This document shows positions 38,722 to 49,335 of a DNA stretch of 64,000 bases, piece by piece; positions within the stretch are counted from its first letter, which is position 1; each line of letters starts with the position of its first letter. The notes beneath the pieces are model-generated. The model had not been told where the DNA came from and did no database searches. It saw only the letters and a list, made by a program, of their open reading frames with translations. The stretch covers positions 256,001 to 320,000 of the forward strand of contig CAVSTP010000004.1 of assembly GCA_963730935.1 (NCBI GenBank). Reading direction: 5' to 3'. A program made the position numbers and the translations under genes. The DNA comes from an uncultured Nitrospiraceae bacterium. Its GTDB lineage: Bacteria; Nitrospirota; Nitrospiria; Nitrospirales; Nitrospiraceae.

Positions 38722-39525
38722 CTAGATGGTGCAGGAGACCGTATAGTCCATGCTCAGGTCCTTGATCTTGGGATTGGGACCGCAGAGCGGGCACGCCGGA
38801 TCTTTGGGGCGGCCGACCTTTCGAAATGTCATCTCGAGCGCGTCGTAGATCAGCAGTTTGTCTGCGAGCGTTTCACCGATGCCCAGAATCTCTTTGATGG
38901 CTTCCGAGGCTTGGAGAATACCCATCGTGCCGGCCAGCACACCCAGCACGCCGGCTTCCTGACAATTCGGCACCAAACCGGCCGGAGGAGGCTCCGGATA
39001 CAGGCAGCGATAGCAGGGGTAGCCTGCATGCGGCTTAATCGTGGTCAATTGCCCTTCGAAGCGGAACATGCTCGCTGAGATCAGTGTTTTTCGGGCAAAG
39101 AAGCAGGCGTCATTGACCAGAAAGCGCGTGGTGAAATTATCGGAGCCGTCGAGAATGACGTCATAGGCGTTGATCAGGGAGAGGATGTTATCCGCATCGA
39201 CGAGCTGGTGATAGGCATTGACGGTGATCTCGGGATTGATGGCCGTCAACGTACGCTTTCCCGATTCCACTTTGGGCTGTCCGACCGTCGCCGTCGTATG
39301 GAGGATCTGCCGCTGGAGGTTGGACAGGTCGACGACGTCCCCGTCCACCAGCCCAATGGTGCCGATGCCGGCTGCGGCCAGATAGAGACCGGCAGGGGAT
39401 CCCAGTCCACCGGCGCCGATGAGCAGCACTTTGGCCTTGCTCAGCTTAAGCTGGCCTTTGCCGCCGACGTCCTGCAGGATGATGTGGCGGCTATAGCGTT
39501 CGATCTGTTGCTCGGTCAGTTCCAT
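38722..39525 (-). CDS. ThiF/MoeB E1-like adenylyltransferase, no rhodanese domain
   Basis: RYSRHI, GAGGLG, SNLQRQ, CYRC, CQEAGV, CPLC. Confidence 0.95.
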   Translation of the reverse strand: MELTEQQIERYSRHIILQDVGGKGQLKLSKAKVLLIGAGGLGSPAGLYLAAAGIGTIGLVDGDVVDLSNLQRQILHTTATVGQPKVESGKRTLTAINPEITVNAYHQLVDADNILSLINAYDVILDGSDNFTTRFLVNDACFFARKTLISASMFRFEGQLTTIKPHAGYPCYRCLYPEPPPAGLVPNCQEAGVLGVLAGTMGILQASEAIKEILGIGETLADKLLIYDALEMTFRKVGRPKDPACPLCGPNPKIKDLSMDYTVSCTI

Positions 39526-39528
39526 CCG

Positions 39529-39768
39529 TTATTCCACGACGTTCAATTCGATCGGATCGACGACGCATCCTTTGTGACGGAGTCCCTGAAGCGCGCGCTC
39601 GATCTCGGCGGTCTCGCCGGAGAGTTCAACGTCGACCCATCCGGTCGTCTCGCGAACATCGGCGCGGCGCACGTTGGTGACGATGTTGTATTCCCTGCCG
39701 ATTTGATAAATGATCGGTTCCTTGACCTTGTCTTCTGGAAACCTGACATGGAAACGGAGGTGTGCCAT
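39529..39768 (-). CDS. Stand-alone NIL-domain protein
   Basis: EPIIYQIGREYNIVTNVRRADV...GWV.VELSG. Confidence 0.85.
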   Translation of the reverse strand: MAHLRFHVRFPEDKVKEPIIYQIGREYNIVTNVRRADVRETTGWVDVELSGETAEIERALQGLRHKGCVVDPIELNVVE

Positions 39769-40043
39769 TATCGACCTCCTGCAATGGCGGGAACGATTGA
39801 CACTTCATCGCCGGCTTTGAGCGAGGTGTCCTTTCCCTTCAAGAATCGGATGTCTTCCTCATTGACGTAAATGTTCACAAAACGGCGCAGTTCTCCGCTA
39901 TCGTCGCACAGACGCGCTTTGATGCCCGGATGCGCCGCATTCAAATTCTCGATCAGGTCGAGGATAGACCCTGCGGCGATCTCTACCTCGCCCTGGCCCT
40001 TGGTCAGCGGTCGCAGTGGAGTCGGAATTCGAACTTTGATCAT
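39768..40043 (-). CDS. MoaD/CysO-like ubiquitin-like sulfur carrier ending GG-R
   Basis: [31 protein letters not shown]. Confidence 0.93.
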   Translation of the reverse strand: MIKVRIPTPLRPLTKGQGEVEIAAGSILDLIENLNAAHPGIKARLCDDSGELRRFVNIYVNEEDIRFLKGKDTSLKAGDEVSIVPAIAGGR

Positions 40044-41290
40044 GCGTCACCGCCGCCGTTCTTGCCCATCTTGAACGTTTTCTCGAACGCGACGAGGCTA
40101 GGCTGAATCCGGAACGGTCTGCCCACCGCGTCAACGACGGCTTCTTGGGTTTTCAAGCCGTTGCCCGTCACATAGGCTACGGTGACGTCGCCCTTCTTGA
40201 TCGTGCCGTTTTTGACCAACTTCTGGAGGACGCCGATGGTCACGCCGCCTGCCGTTTCGGCAAAGATGCCTTCCGTCTGCGCCAGCAGCTTGATGGATTC
40301 CACCACCTCATCGTCCGTCACCATGTCCATTGACCCCTGGCTTTCTGCCGTCGCCTTCAGCGCGTAATAGCCGTCGGCCGGATTACCGATCGCCAGCGAT
40401 TTCGCGATGGTCTTGGGCTTCACGGGCTTAAAGAAATCGCGTCCGGCCTTGAAGGCGGTCGAAATGGGGGAGCAGCCTTCCGCCTGCGCGCCGTTGATCT
40501 TCGTGCGCACGTCGTTGATCAGGCCCACCGCCTTCATTTCATGAAGGCCTTTCCATATCTTGGTGAGCAGGGAGCCGGAGGCCATGGGAATCACCACCTG
40601 GTCTGGCGTGCGCCAGCCAAGCTGCTCGACGGTCTCAAAGGCCAGCGTCTTGGATCCTTCGGCATAATACGGCCGCACATTGATGTTGACGAAGGCCCAT
40701 CCGTGCTCAGCTGCGATTTCGCTGCAGAGGCGGTTGACGTCGTCGTAATTGCCTTCGACCTCCACGACGTTGGGCTTGAAAATCAGGTTGCCGAGAACCT
40801 TGGCGGCTTCCAAATCGCCGGGAATGAACACGTAACAGCGCATGCCGGCCGCCGCGGCGTGTGCGGCGACAGAATTCGCTAGGTTTCCGGTGGAGGCGCA
40901 GGCCACCGTCTCGAAGCCGAGTTCCCGAGCACGGGTCAAGGCCACTGCGACGACGCGATCCTTGAACGACAAGGTGGGATGATTGACCGTGTCGTTCTTG
41001 ATGTACAACTCGTCGATGCCTAAGTAGGCCCCCAAGTTCTTCGCCCGGACCAGCGGTGTCAGTCCGGCATGTGGACCGAGATAATTGGTGCCCTCCACCG
41101 GGAGCAGGTCGGCATACCGCCACATGCTCCGCGGCCCCTCCTCAATCTTCTTACGGGAAATGAGCTGCTTCACTTCGGCGTAATTGTACTTGACCTCGAG
41201 CGGGCCGAAGCACATTTCGCACACGTGAATGGCCTTCGTCGGATATTCCTTCCCGCATTCTCTGCACACGAGCGCTTTCATCTTGGCCAT
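40040..41290 (-). CDS. Threonine-synthase-like PLP enzyme (possible O-phosphohomoserine sulfhydrylase)
   Basis: N-terminal CRECG...[33 protein letters not shown]; overlaps the sulfur-carrier gene. Confidence 0.88.
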   Translation of the reverse strand: MAKMKALVCRECGKEYPTKAIHVCEMCFGPLEVKYNYAEVKQLISRKKIEEGPRSMWRYADLLPVEGTNYLGPHAGLTPLVRAKNLGAYLGIDELYIKNDTVNHPTLSFKDRVVAVALTRARELGFETVACASTGNLANSVAAHAAAAGMRCYVFIPGDLEAAKVLGNLIFKPNVVEVEGNYDDVNRLCSEIAAEHGWAFVNINVRPYYAEGSKTLAFETVEQLGWRTPDQVVIPMASGSLLTKIWKGLHEMKAVGLINDVRTKINGAQAEGCSPISTAFKAGRDFFKPVKPKTIAKSLAIGNPADGYYALKATAESQGSMDMVTDDEVVESIKLLAQTEGIFAETAGGVTIGVLQKLVKNGTIKKGDVTVAYVTGNGLKTQEAVVDAVGRPFRIQPSLVAFEKTFKMGKNGGGDA

Positions 41291-41344
41291 CGTCGCACCA
41301 TCCTGATTATGAAACGAACAGACGCACTTGCTGCATCTTTTTTG

Positions 41345-42157
41345 TTACGGTCGCACGGCACAACCTGCATACGGGTCGCCGTCGTCGAAGAGCTCGGTAA
41401 TCGTCGGATGCTCGCCGCAGAGCGCACATTGCGGATTGCGCTTGACCTTGATTTCCCTGAAAAGTGTCTTGCGGGCGTCGAAATCCAGCAGGCGGTCCGT
41501 CAACGGCCGGCCGATTCCAAGCACCAGTTTGAGTGCCTCCGTGGCTTGAATCGTTCCGATGATACCCGCAAGCACCCCGATGACTCCAGCCTCCTGGCAT
41601 GAGGCGACCAATCCGGGCGGCGGCGGCGTCTTGAACACGCAGCGATAGCAGGCGGATTTCCTGGGGATGATGGTCGTCACGCGGCCGTCGAAGCGCAGGA
41701 TGCCGCCGTGGACAAGCGGCTTATCGGCAAAGAAACAGGCATCGTTGATGAGAAACTTGGCGGTGAAGTTGTCGACTCCGTCGATCATGACGTCGTAGTC
41801 TGAAAACAATTTGAGGGCGTTGCCGGCCGTCAGCCGTTCTTCATACATCGACACCGAGACATCGGGATTGAGGGCTTGGATTTTCTCTTTTCCAGACAGC
41901 ACCTTGGGGCGGCCCACGTCGGGCGTGTGGTGAAGAATTTGCCGCTGTAGGTTGGTCAAATCGACGACGTCGCTGTCGATCAAACCGATGCGCCCGACGC
42001 CGGCGGCCGCCAGGTACAGCGCGGCAGGAGAGCCTAAGCCGCCGGCGCCGACGAGAAGAATTTTCGCGTTCGCGATTTTCTTCTGTCCCTTGCCGCCGAC
42101 CTCTGGCAAGAGAATATGCCGGCTGTAGCGGGAGATTTGATCTTCGGAAAATTCCAT
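41345..42157 (-). CDS. Second ThiF/MoeB E1-like adenylyltransferase, no rhodanese domain
   Basis: RYSRHI, GAGGLG, TNLQRQ, CYRC, CQEAGV, CALC. Confidence 0.95.
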   Translation of the reverse strand: MEFSEDQISRYSRHILLPEVGGKGQKKIANAKILLVGAGGLGSPAALYLAAAGVGRIGLIDSDVVDLTNLQRQILHHTPDVGRPKVLSGKEKIQALNPDVSVSMYEERLTAGNALKLFSDYDVMIDGVDNFTAKFLINDACFFADKPLVHGGILRFDGRVTTIIPRKSACYRCVFKTPPPPGLVASCQEAGVIGVLAGIIGTIQATEALKLVLGIGRPLTDRLLDFDARKTLFREIKVKRNPQCALCGEHPTITELFDDGDPYAGCAVRP

Positions 42158-42166
42158 TGTGACCCG

Positions 42167-43095
<929 letters not shown>

Positions 43096-43096
<1 letters not shown>

Positions 43097-43293
43097 CAGC
43101 CGCCACCCATGTAAAACAGAAATTCCAAGCGATCGCCTTCCTTCAGTTCGGTCGTGGCCAAACGCTCCCGTTCGACCATGCTATCGTTGACCTCCACGGC
43201 CACCATCTGAGGTTCGATCTTTTTGGTTTTCAGGAGATCGAGGACGCTGCCTCCGGGAAACTCCTCAGACTTGCCGTTGATCTTCAGCTGCAT
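43096..43293 (-). CDS. ThiS-like sulfur carrier protein ending GGG
   Basis: MQLKING, VAVEVN, LKEGDRLEFLFYMGGG. Confidence 0.92.
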
Positions 43294-43333
43294 GAAATCT
43301 CCTAACCTGGCCCAATAATTAAGGAATTTCGAC

Positions 43334-43363
43334 AGATTAACAAACTGTCTTCGAGCTTGTCAA
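43334..43363 (-). promoter_or_regulatory. Promoter of the sulfur-carrier operon, overlapped by a GACAG-N9-CTGTC dyad
   Basis: TTGACA-18 bp-TAATCT with a TG extension; dyad at 43331-43349. Confidence 0.55.
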
Positions 43364-43445
43364 GGCAACGTACCGGCAGGATCCGTTGCTTGACTTTACC
43401 ACGCACTCGTCGCCACTATGCCGTTCTTTTGGAGGACGCTTTGAC

Positions 43446-43823
43446 ATGTGGAAACGCAATTTCATGTTCAGGGCGACGGAGGCTACTCCTTTAAATGAAT
43501 CCGAGAACGAATTGTTCCATGAGACTGATCCGGCCATGGACAGCGCCGGGTTACACTTAGAGAAGTTTTTGTCCGTTTGGATTCAAGGCGCAGGCGATGA
43601 TGAACGGCCGGCGGCCTTCACCAACATGTATGTGCGGACCGCCACGCTAGATTTTCAGAAGCGGGTCGGATTTCTCCAGCCTTTACAAGGGCGTACCCAT
43701 CAAATTAAGCAATTGCTCACACCAGGCCAAAAGGACTACCTGCGTTCGTGGCTGGCGCGGGCGGCGCCCCAGGCATGGGAAGCGACCGACGAACACTTCA
43801 AGATGCTGTTTGAGTTGGAATGA
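43446..43823 (+). CDS. Hypothetical protein
   Basis: GGAGG Shine-Dalgarno; globular composition; stop overlaps the next ORF. Confidence 0.75.
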   Translation: MWKRNFMFRATEATPLNESENELFHETDPAMDSAGLHLEKFLSVWIQGAGDDERPAAFTNMYVRTATLDFQKRVGFLQPLQGRTHQIKQLLTPGQKDYLRSWLARAAPQAWEATDEHFKMLFELE

Positions 43824-44380
43824 TCGGTTCCAGAGCCTCGGTGAACATCGGCGGCACCATGTACGTCAGGGCGGCTGTACTCTGTCTGTGCCTTCTGTTG
43901 CAACCTCAAAGGCTGTTCAGCGCCAACGTCGAAGTGCTCTATGCTCCCGAGGATGCCCCGCTCGATCGTCTGGTCACGCTCTATCAGCACGCCAAGCGTT
44001 ATATCTACGTCTCGGTATATGGATTGACGTACCCCCGGGCGGTACAAGCGCTGGTTGCCGCGAAGAAACGCGGTGTGGATGTTCGGATGTTGACCGACCA
44101 AGAGCGCACGCAGGAAGTGAAGCAGCGCACGGCCTTGGAGACGTTGCGTCTTGCCGGGATTCCCATCCGGGTCAACCAGCATGAGGGGCTCATGCATCTC
44201 AAACAGGTCGTCATCGACGATGAAATCAATACGTCCGGCTCGATGAACCACACGACGAGCGGTAATTCATACAACGATGAGCGCATGGACATCATCACCG
44301 ATCGCGCCATTTCACTGAAGGCGCGTGAACAATTCCTGTCCCTGTGGAACGACCGTGCCCGTTTTGCAGAATGGAAATGA
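43820..44380 (+). CDS. Exported single-domain PLD-family (Nuc-like) enzyme
   Basis: HLKQVVID(x6)GSMN...NDE HKD motif; signal-like N-terminus; start may be 43859. Confidence 0.9.
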   Translation: MIGSRASVNIGGTMYVRAAVLCLCLLLQPQRLFSANVEVLYAPEDAPLDRLVTLYQHAKRYIYVSVYGLTYPRAVQALVAAKKRGVDVRMLTDQERTQEVKQRTALETLRLAGIPIRVNQHEGLMHLKQVVIDDEINTSGSMNHTTSGNSYNDERMDIITDRAISLKAREQFLSLWNDRARFAEWK

Positions 44381-44414
44381 AGGGAGAGCGCTCGATGCGG
44401 CGGCAGGCAGTCAG

Positions 44415-45710
44415 ATGACAACGCAAGAAGCCGACGTCGCGATCGTCGGGGCCGGCGGGGGTGGCGCAGTGCTGGCTCTGGCCTTAGGCCAGAAAGGCAT
44501 CCGCACGGTGGTCCTCGATCAGGCGCCGGGGCCTCCCAAAGGCCTGCGTGGCGAACTGCTCCAGCCGAACGGTCAAGCAGTGCTCGACCGATTGGGCGTG
44601 CTCGGAGCCTTGCCGTCGGACGCGACCCGTGCAATCCGTAAGTTTCATTTCTGCCGGGCCGGCGGCGAGCGACTGTGTTCGGTCGACTACGGCGATCTGC
44701 CGCCTCCGTACAATCGAGCGATCGTGACCATGCCGAACGTGGCGCACCATGCCATCGTCGATGCGGTTGCCAGGCAACGCACCGCCGGGCTTCGGTACAG
44801 CACGTCGTTTGTCAGCTTGACGAGGGAAGGGGATCGTGTGGCCGGTCTGACGGTCCAGGGACCGGAAGGGCCATATATCATCAAGAGCCGGCTCGTGGTC
44901 GGTGCCGACGGTGCGTTTTCAAAGGTGCGGGAGGCGCTTGCGATTCCTGCCGACGTGCACTTGTATCCGGAAGCCTATTTGATCGCCATCCTCGAATCCG
45001 CGGAACCCATCTCCGAATCGTTCTACTACGTCGGCCATAGACAAATTCTGGGACTCTTTCCTGCCACCGGTAACAAGGTCTATCTGTTTTATATGATCCC
45101 AAGCGGATCCTACGAGAGCCTGAAGCAGAAGGGTATGCGTGAGTTGACGCGGGCTTGGACGGCGATCGCTCCGCGGTTTGCCTCTCTCTTTTCCAATCTG
45201 TCTAATTGGAATCAGACGGCCTACATGCCAACCGGGAGGGTGCGGACATCCCGCTGGGTTGCCGACGGAGCCGCTCTCATCGGTGATGCGGCTCATGCGA
45301 TGAACCCCCATGCCTCCCAAGGACGCATGCAGGCCATGGTGGATGCCATGACGTTGGCCGAGATCATCCCGGCATGTCTGGCCGACGGGGATTGCTCCGC
45401 GACACGATTACATGTCTATGAAACGGCGCGACGACAACAAGTGATGATGCTTCAGCGCCTAGCCGATCAACAGGTCTTTTATTGGAACACGGGAAATCCC
45501 CTTATTGCTTGGCTGAGGGATCGCGTCTTTCACACGCTGGATCGAAACGCCCGTCTTCGCTATCAAGTGCTGTCGACGACAGCTGGATTGCGCAAGACGG
45601 CACCGTTTTCATTCGTCGATCGCGTGATTGCGGCAGGATTGCTGCCCGACCTGTTCACGCTGACCCCAGCAGGCGCATCCTCTACCACGAGGCCGCATGG
45701 GAACGACTGA
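44415..45710 (+). CDS. FAD-dependent monooxygenase (UbiH/PHBH-like)
   Basis: IVGAGGGG, VVGADG, LIGDAAHAMNP. Confidence 0.92.
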   Translation: MTTQEADVAIVGAGGGGAVLALALGQKGIRTVVLDQAPGPPKGLRGELLQPNGQAVLDRLGVLGALPSDATRAIRKFHFCRAGGERLCSVDYGDLPPPYNRAIVTMPNVAHHAIVDAVARQRTAGLRYSTSFVSLTREGDRVAGLTVQGPEGPYIIKSRLVVGADGAFSKVREALAIPADVHLYPEAYLIAILESAEPISESFYYVGHRQILGLFPATGNKVYLFYMIPSGSYESLKQKGMRELTRAWTAIAPRFASLFSNLSNWNQTAYMPTGRVRTSRWVADGAALIGDAAHAMNPHASQGRMQAMVDAMTLAEIIPACLADGDCSATRLHVYETARRQQVMMLQRLADQQVFYWNTGNPLIAWLRDRVFHTLDRNARLRYQVLSTTAGLRKTAPFSFVDRVIAAGLLPDLFTLTPAGASSTTRPHGND

Positions 45711-46437
45711 ACGCATTATTGAAGGATTGCCGGAGGAGACCCAGAAGCTCCTGCAAGCGTATTCCAAGGACGTCAAGGGCGTTTTCGGCGACCGGCTCGA
45801 AGGGCTGATTCTCTATGGAAGCGCCGTCCGCGGCGAGTTCATGCCTGGCCGCTCGAATCTCAATCTGCTGCTGGTCGTCACCGGATACGATGCGGCGATG
45901 TTGAAGCGCTATGAGCCGGTCCATAAGCGTTGGAGTAAGGAAGGGATCATTATTCCGTTATTTCTCACCGACCAGGAGATCAGAACATCTTCGGCGCTGT
46001 TTCCTCTCGAATTTCTGGAAATTCAGGAACACCACCGTGTGTTGGGCGGGTGCGATCCGTTCGTCGGTTTTCACGTGGACGTGAGCAGAGTCGCAGATGC
46101 CGTGCTGCAGGGGCTGGCCGGCCATGTGCTGAGGCTGCGGCAACGGTTTGCCGAAACAGGCGGCGCCAACGATGCTGTCATGATTCTGCTTCCGCTTGCC
46201 GTCACGTCGACCGTTCCGCTGCTGCGAGGCATACAACGAATGCGGGGATGGCCGGTGCTCACACAATCGGATGCCGTCATCAAGGACATCGCCGATCGTT
46301 TGCAGATCGACCTTCAGGGGTTGCACGACGCCTTGATGCTGAAACGCGGGATCATTTCGCCGGGGCCTTTAGAAGTCCCCCGCGTATTTGATCGCTATTT
46401 GAAGGCGGCGACCATGCTTTCGGAGGCACTTCACTGA
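45697..46437 (+). CDS. Pol-beta-fold nucleotidyltransferase-like protein
   Basis: LYGSAVRGEF...SNLNLLLV; FPLEFLEI. Confidence 0.8.
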   Translation: MGTTERIIEGLPEETQKLLQAYSKDVKGVFGDRLEGLILYGSAVRGEFMPGRSNLNLLLVVTGYDAAMLKRYEPVHKRWSKEGIIIPLFLTDQEIRTSSALFPLEFLEIQEHHRVLGGCDPFVGFHVDVSRVADAVLQGLAGHVLRLRQRFAETGGANDAVMILLPLAVTSTVPLLRGIQRMRGWPVLTQSDAVIKDIADRLQIDLQGLHDALMLKRGIISPGPLEVPRVFDRYLKAATMLSEALH

Positions 46438-47165
46438 TGAGCCAGTACCTGACGCTCATCGTGGTCTGCGTCCTGGCGGTCAATCCGTCGATGACGACGG
46501 CGAGTCCCTACGAGCGCCCTACCGCCAAGCTACCCGATCCCATGGGCTATGTCAGTGACCACGCGAAGGTCCTCGAGGAGGATTGGCGGGCGCGAATCCG
46601 TTCTGTGGCGCAGGATCTGGAACGGAAGACGGGGGTGGAGATGGTTGTTGTGACCGTGCCCAGCGTGAAACCGTTCCGATCCGCCAACGACTATGCGACG
46701 GCTATCTACGAGAAATGGGGCATCGGGTCGGCGCAACAAGAGCACGGTATCCTTGTGCTGCTCGCGGTGGAGGAGCGCCAAGCGGCACTGACACTGGGTC
46801 GGAAGATGCTGCCGGTCATCACGCCGCCGGTCATGAGCCAAATCGGCAGCGACTATCTGCACCCCTCGATTGAGCGCGGCCATTTCGGCGAAGGACTGTA
46901 TCGCACGGCGGTCGCGTTGGCTTCTCACAGCCAGGACGTCCGTGTCGGAAGCCTTTCGAGAACGCATTATAGAGGGATCGGAATCTGGATCACGCTGTTC
47001 ACCAGCATCGGTGCCATCGCCTTCTTCTGGTGGATCAGCCGGCCCGACCTGCGTCATCCCTATCGCCGGATTCAGCGCGGCGAGTATTGGGGAACAGGGC
47101 AGGGCGGATTCGGCGGAAACTGGGGCGGCTTCGGCGGAAGCACCAGCGGGGAAGGGTACCGATAA
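46437..47165 (+). CDS. TPM-domain membrane protein
   Basis: YVSDHAKVL, VVVTVPS, WGIG...GILVLLA; TM segment and Gly-rich tail. Confidence 0.9.
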   Translation: MSQYLTLIVVCVLAVNPSMTTASPYERPTAKLPDPMGYVSDHAKVLEEDWRARIRSVAQDLERKTGVEMVVVTVPSVKPFRSANDYATAIYEKWGIGSAQQEHGILVLLAVEERQAALTLGRKMLPVITPPVMSQIGSDYLHPSIERGHFGEGLYRTAVALASHSQDVRVGSLSRTHYRGIGIWITLFTSIGAIAFFWWISRPDLRHPYRRIQRGEYWGTGQGGFGGNWGGFGGSTSGEGYR

Positions 47166-47271
47166 CCAAGCAGAAGCCGCGATGCCGGTGCTGGGTCCTC
47201 GACGATTTTCCTCAGCGCATTTCTGAGCCGCCCGCGCAGGCAAGAGCGGTGCGGGCGGCACCTTCTGCCGG

Positions 47272-47706
47272 TTAACGCCGTGGTACGCTGCGACCTTCCT
47301 CTAGATCTTGAAGATCGGCCCAGGCCGTAATGTCGGTCCTCGAAGGATCGGCGGCATCGCGGTATTTGTTGAATCGCTCGGCGCTTCCCGGAGAACTAGG
47401 CCCGCGTGCCAAGAGCTCGGTGTTCCACGCCTCAACGTCGGCCGCCGGATGGGATCTTGCGGTCTTCTGGAACCAGGTTTCGACGCCTTCATCGGTCGGA
47501 TGCGTTTTGACGGCGGCAGTGAATTGTTCACTGGTAATTCCGACAAAATTCATCAGCCGCTCATCCATCGGACAGGGGTAAATGTATTCTCCCTCCATGC
47601 CCGCCAGGACGGCCCGGCACTTATCGACCATGCGCGCCAAATGGACGTAGCCCGCCAGCGTCGTGCGCATGCTTCGCGGAAACTGTGTGCGCAGGTCCAT
47701 GGTCAC
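47272..47706 (-). CDS. DUF5069-like protein
   Basis: DLRTQFPRS...GYVHLARMVDKCRA...EYIYPCPMD...DLEEGR. Confidence 0.8.
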   Translation of the reverse strand: MTMDLRTQFPRSMRTTLAGYVHLARMVDKCRAVLAGMEGEYIYPCPMDERLMNFVGITSEQFTAAVKTHPTDEGVETWFQKTARSHPAADVEAWNTELLARGPSSPGSAERFNKYRDAADPSRTDITAWADLQDLEEGRSVPRR

Positions 47707-48377
47707 AGCAATTGATGCCGGCTCAGTGCGAAACTTTTTACGACCACGCTGCCGTTCTCGAACGCAATGATGCGCCGGGTGGACGGCAGATCGGCTGAGC
47801 CTACCCGCGCGTGGGTGTCGGTGAAGCTCTCGACATTTTTCAACTTCCCGTCTTCGGGCGAAAAATAATACACGGTGTACTTCGTCGTGAGATTTTTCTT
47901 GTCTTGCGTGAGGGCGCTCTCCTCAACGTTGATCGTAAAGGCAAAGGGCGCCATGTTGGGATGCGACATAGTCCGATTGATCTGCGTAATGCGGTTGTCT
48001 TTCACGCGGTAAAACGAGTGTGAGCCATGAATGTCCAGCCTGGCTCCCAGCGGGTGCCCGTCCTCATCCATCGTGAGCGTGTACTTGCCGTCCGATTCGT
48101 CGAACGTGCGCGGCCCGCGGTGAACGGCGATCATGGCGAGCTGATCCTGCGCCCATTTCTGAACCTCACCGTCGCTCAGCTGAACGGATACCTCGCGAGG
48201 GCCCTTCACCGTCACAGGGCCGTGAAATTCCTTTCCATTGATGTTGATGGTGAGTTCGGCCGTGAAACCTTTGAAGCCCTGCGGCCAGCGGGCGGTATTC
48301 TCGAAGGCGAGCCGAAGCGTTTCGCGTGCTTTCGGGTCATCGGCAACGGTCGCCTGATCGGGCGAGTATGTTTTCAT
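47703..48377 (-). CDS. DUF3386-like protein
   Basis: AFENTARWPQGFKGFTA...VHRGPRTFDESDG. Confidence 0.75.
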   Translation of the reverse strand: MKTYSPDQATVADDPKARETLRLAFENTARWPQGFKGFTAELTININGKEFHGPVTVKGPREVSVQLSDGEVQKWAQDQLAMIAVHRGPRTFDESDGKYTLTMDEDGHPLGARLDIHGSHSFYRVKDNRITQINRTMSHPNMAPFAFTINVEESALTQDKKNLTTKYTVYYFSPEDGKLKNVESFTDTHARVGSADLPSTRRIIAFENGSVVVKSFALSRHQLL

Positions 48378-48624
48378 GATGAATCTCCTTCATATGATAG
48401 AGGTCAGAGGAACGCCCAATTATACCTGTGGCGTTTTCCGCCTCTCAACCATAAGAAACCAGGGGCACGTCGAAACAGACGGCATTTCAAATCGCCCCCG
48501 ATTCTGATATAGTTCGACAATTTTCCTCCTACCGTCCACTGACGGAACGGAGAATTGCGAAGCGAGACTTGGCAAAGGGGTTGGCATGGAACGACGGGCC
48601 GCATCTCACACCGAAGAAGAAGAG

Positions 48625-48915
48625 ATGAATCAGCGCCGGCGTCTTCTGAACGCCGCCAAAAAGGGCGATCAAAAGGCGGTCGCGAAGCTCTTCGAGTTGT
48701 ATCAGGTACGCGTGTACAACAATGAAATGGTGACCAAGCTCAATCGCACGGCCGGAACTCACAAGCTTCAAGCGGAGGTGGCGCAGGCCAAGGCTGCCTC
48801 GAAAGGCGCCTCTTCGCGGAAATCGTCTCAGAAGTCTGCAGGCGCGCCGGTCAAGGTGAAGCCAAAACACACTTCCAAGGCCAAGCCGGACGGCAAGCTG
48901 CACAGGAAAAAGTGA
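48625..48915 (+). CDS. Small basic protein with Lys/Ala/Ser-rich tail
   Basis: AAKKGDQKAVAKLFELY then low-complexity K-rich C-terminus; start may be 48586. Confidence 0.7.
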   Translation: MNQRRRLLNAAKKGDQKAVAKLFELYQVRVYNNEMVTKLNRTAGTHKLQAEVAQAKAASKGASSRKSSQKSAGAPVKVKPKHTSKAKPDGKLHRKK

Positions 48916-48917
48916 AC

Positions 48918-49214
48918 CTACTGCACGACCACACGTAATCCGCCCCCGGCCAGCTTCCCGGCGATTTCTTCCGATTGCTTCCAACTTCCTGTAAAGACCA
49001 CCGCCTCACCTTGGTGGTCGATTTTCCAGGCCAATTCAAAGGCCTTCGACGGCGTCATTCCCGGTATGCACTGACAAAACAGGGCGATGACTTGCTGATA
49101 CGTATGACAATCACAGTTGTACACCACGACGCGGGCTTCGAGGTCGTCACCCGTTCCGGTAGAGGGAGTTTCAGTCGCTAGCGGTGTCGCAACAGGGGCG
49201 GGGGAGTCGGCCAT
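48918..49214 (-). CDS. clpS: Clp protease adaptor ClpS
   Basis: RVVVYNCDCHTYQQV...AWKIDHQGEAVV. Confidence 0.85.
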   Translation of the reverse strand: MADSPAPVATPLATETPSTGTGDDLEARVVVYNCDCHTYQQVIALFCQCIPGMTPSKAFELAWKIDHQGEAVVFTGSWKQSEEIAGKLAGGGLRVVVQ

Positions 49215-49335
49215 GGGGGGCGATTCTAACAGAGTTTACGGCCGCGATTGAAATCCTTTTATCCCGTCCACGCCCGCGAGGCGTCAAAGGGCGAACGCAG
49301 TTCTCTCCAGTGTTCATCGACAAAGTGCATGCCTC

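Noticed and set aside
48570..48586. Sigma-54 promoter TGGCAAAGGGGTTGGC
   Set aside because: The -12 element reads GG instead of the required GC at the correct spacing.
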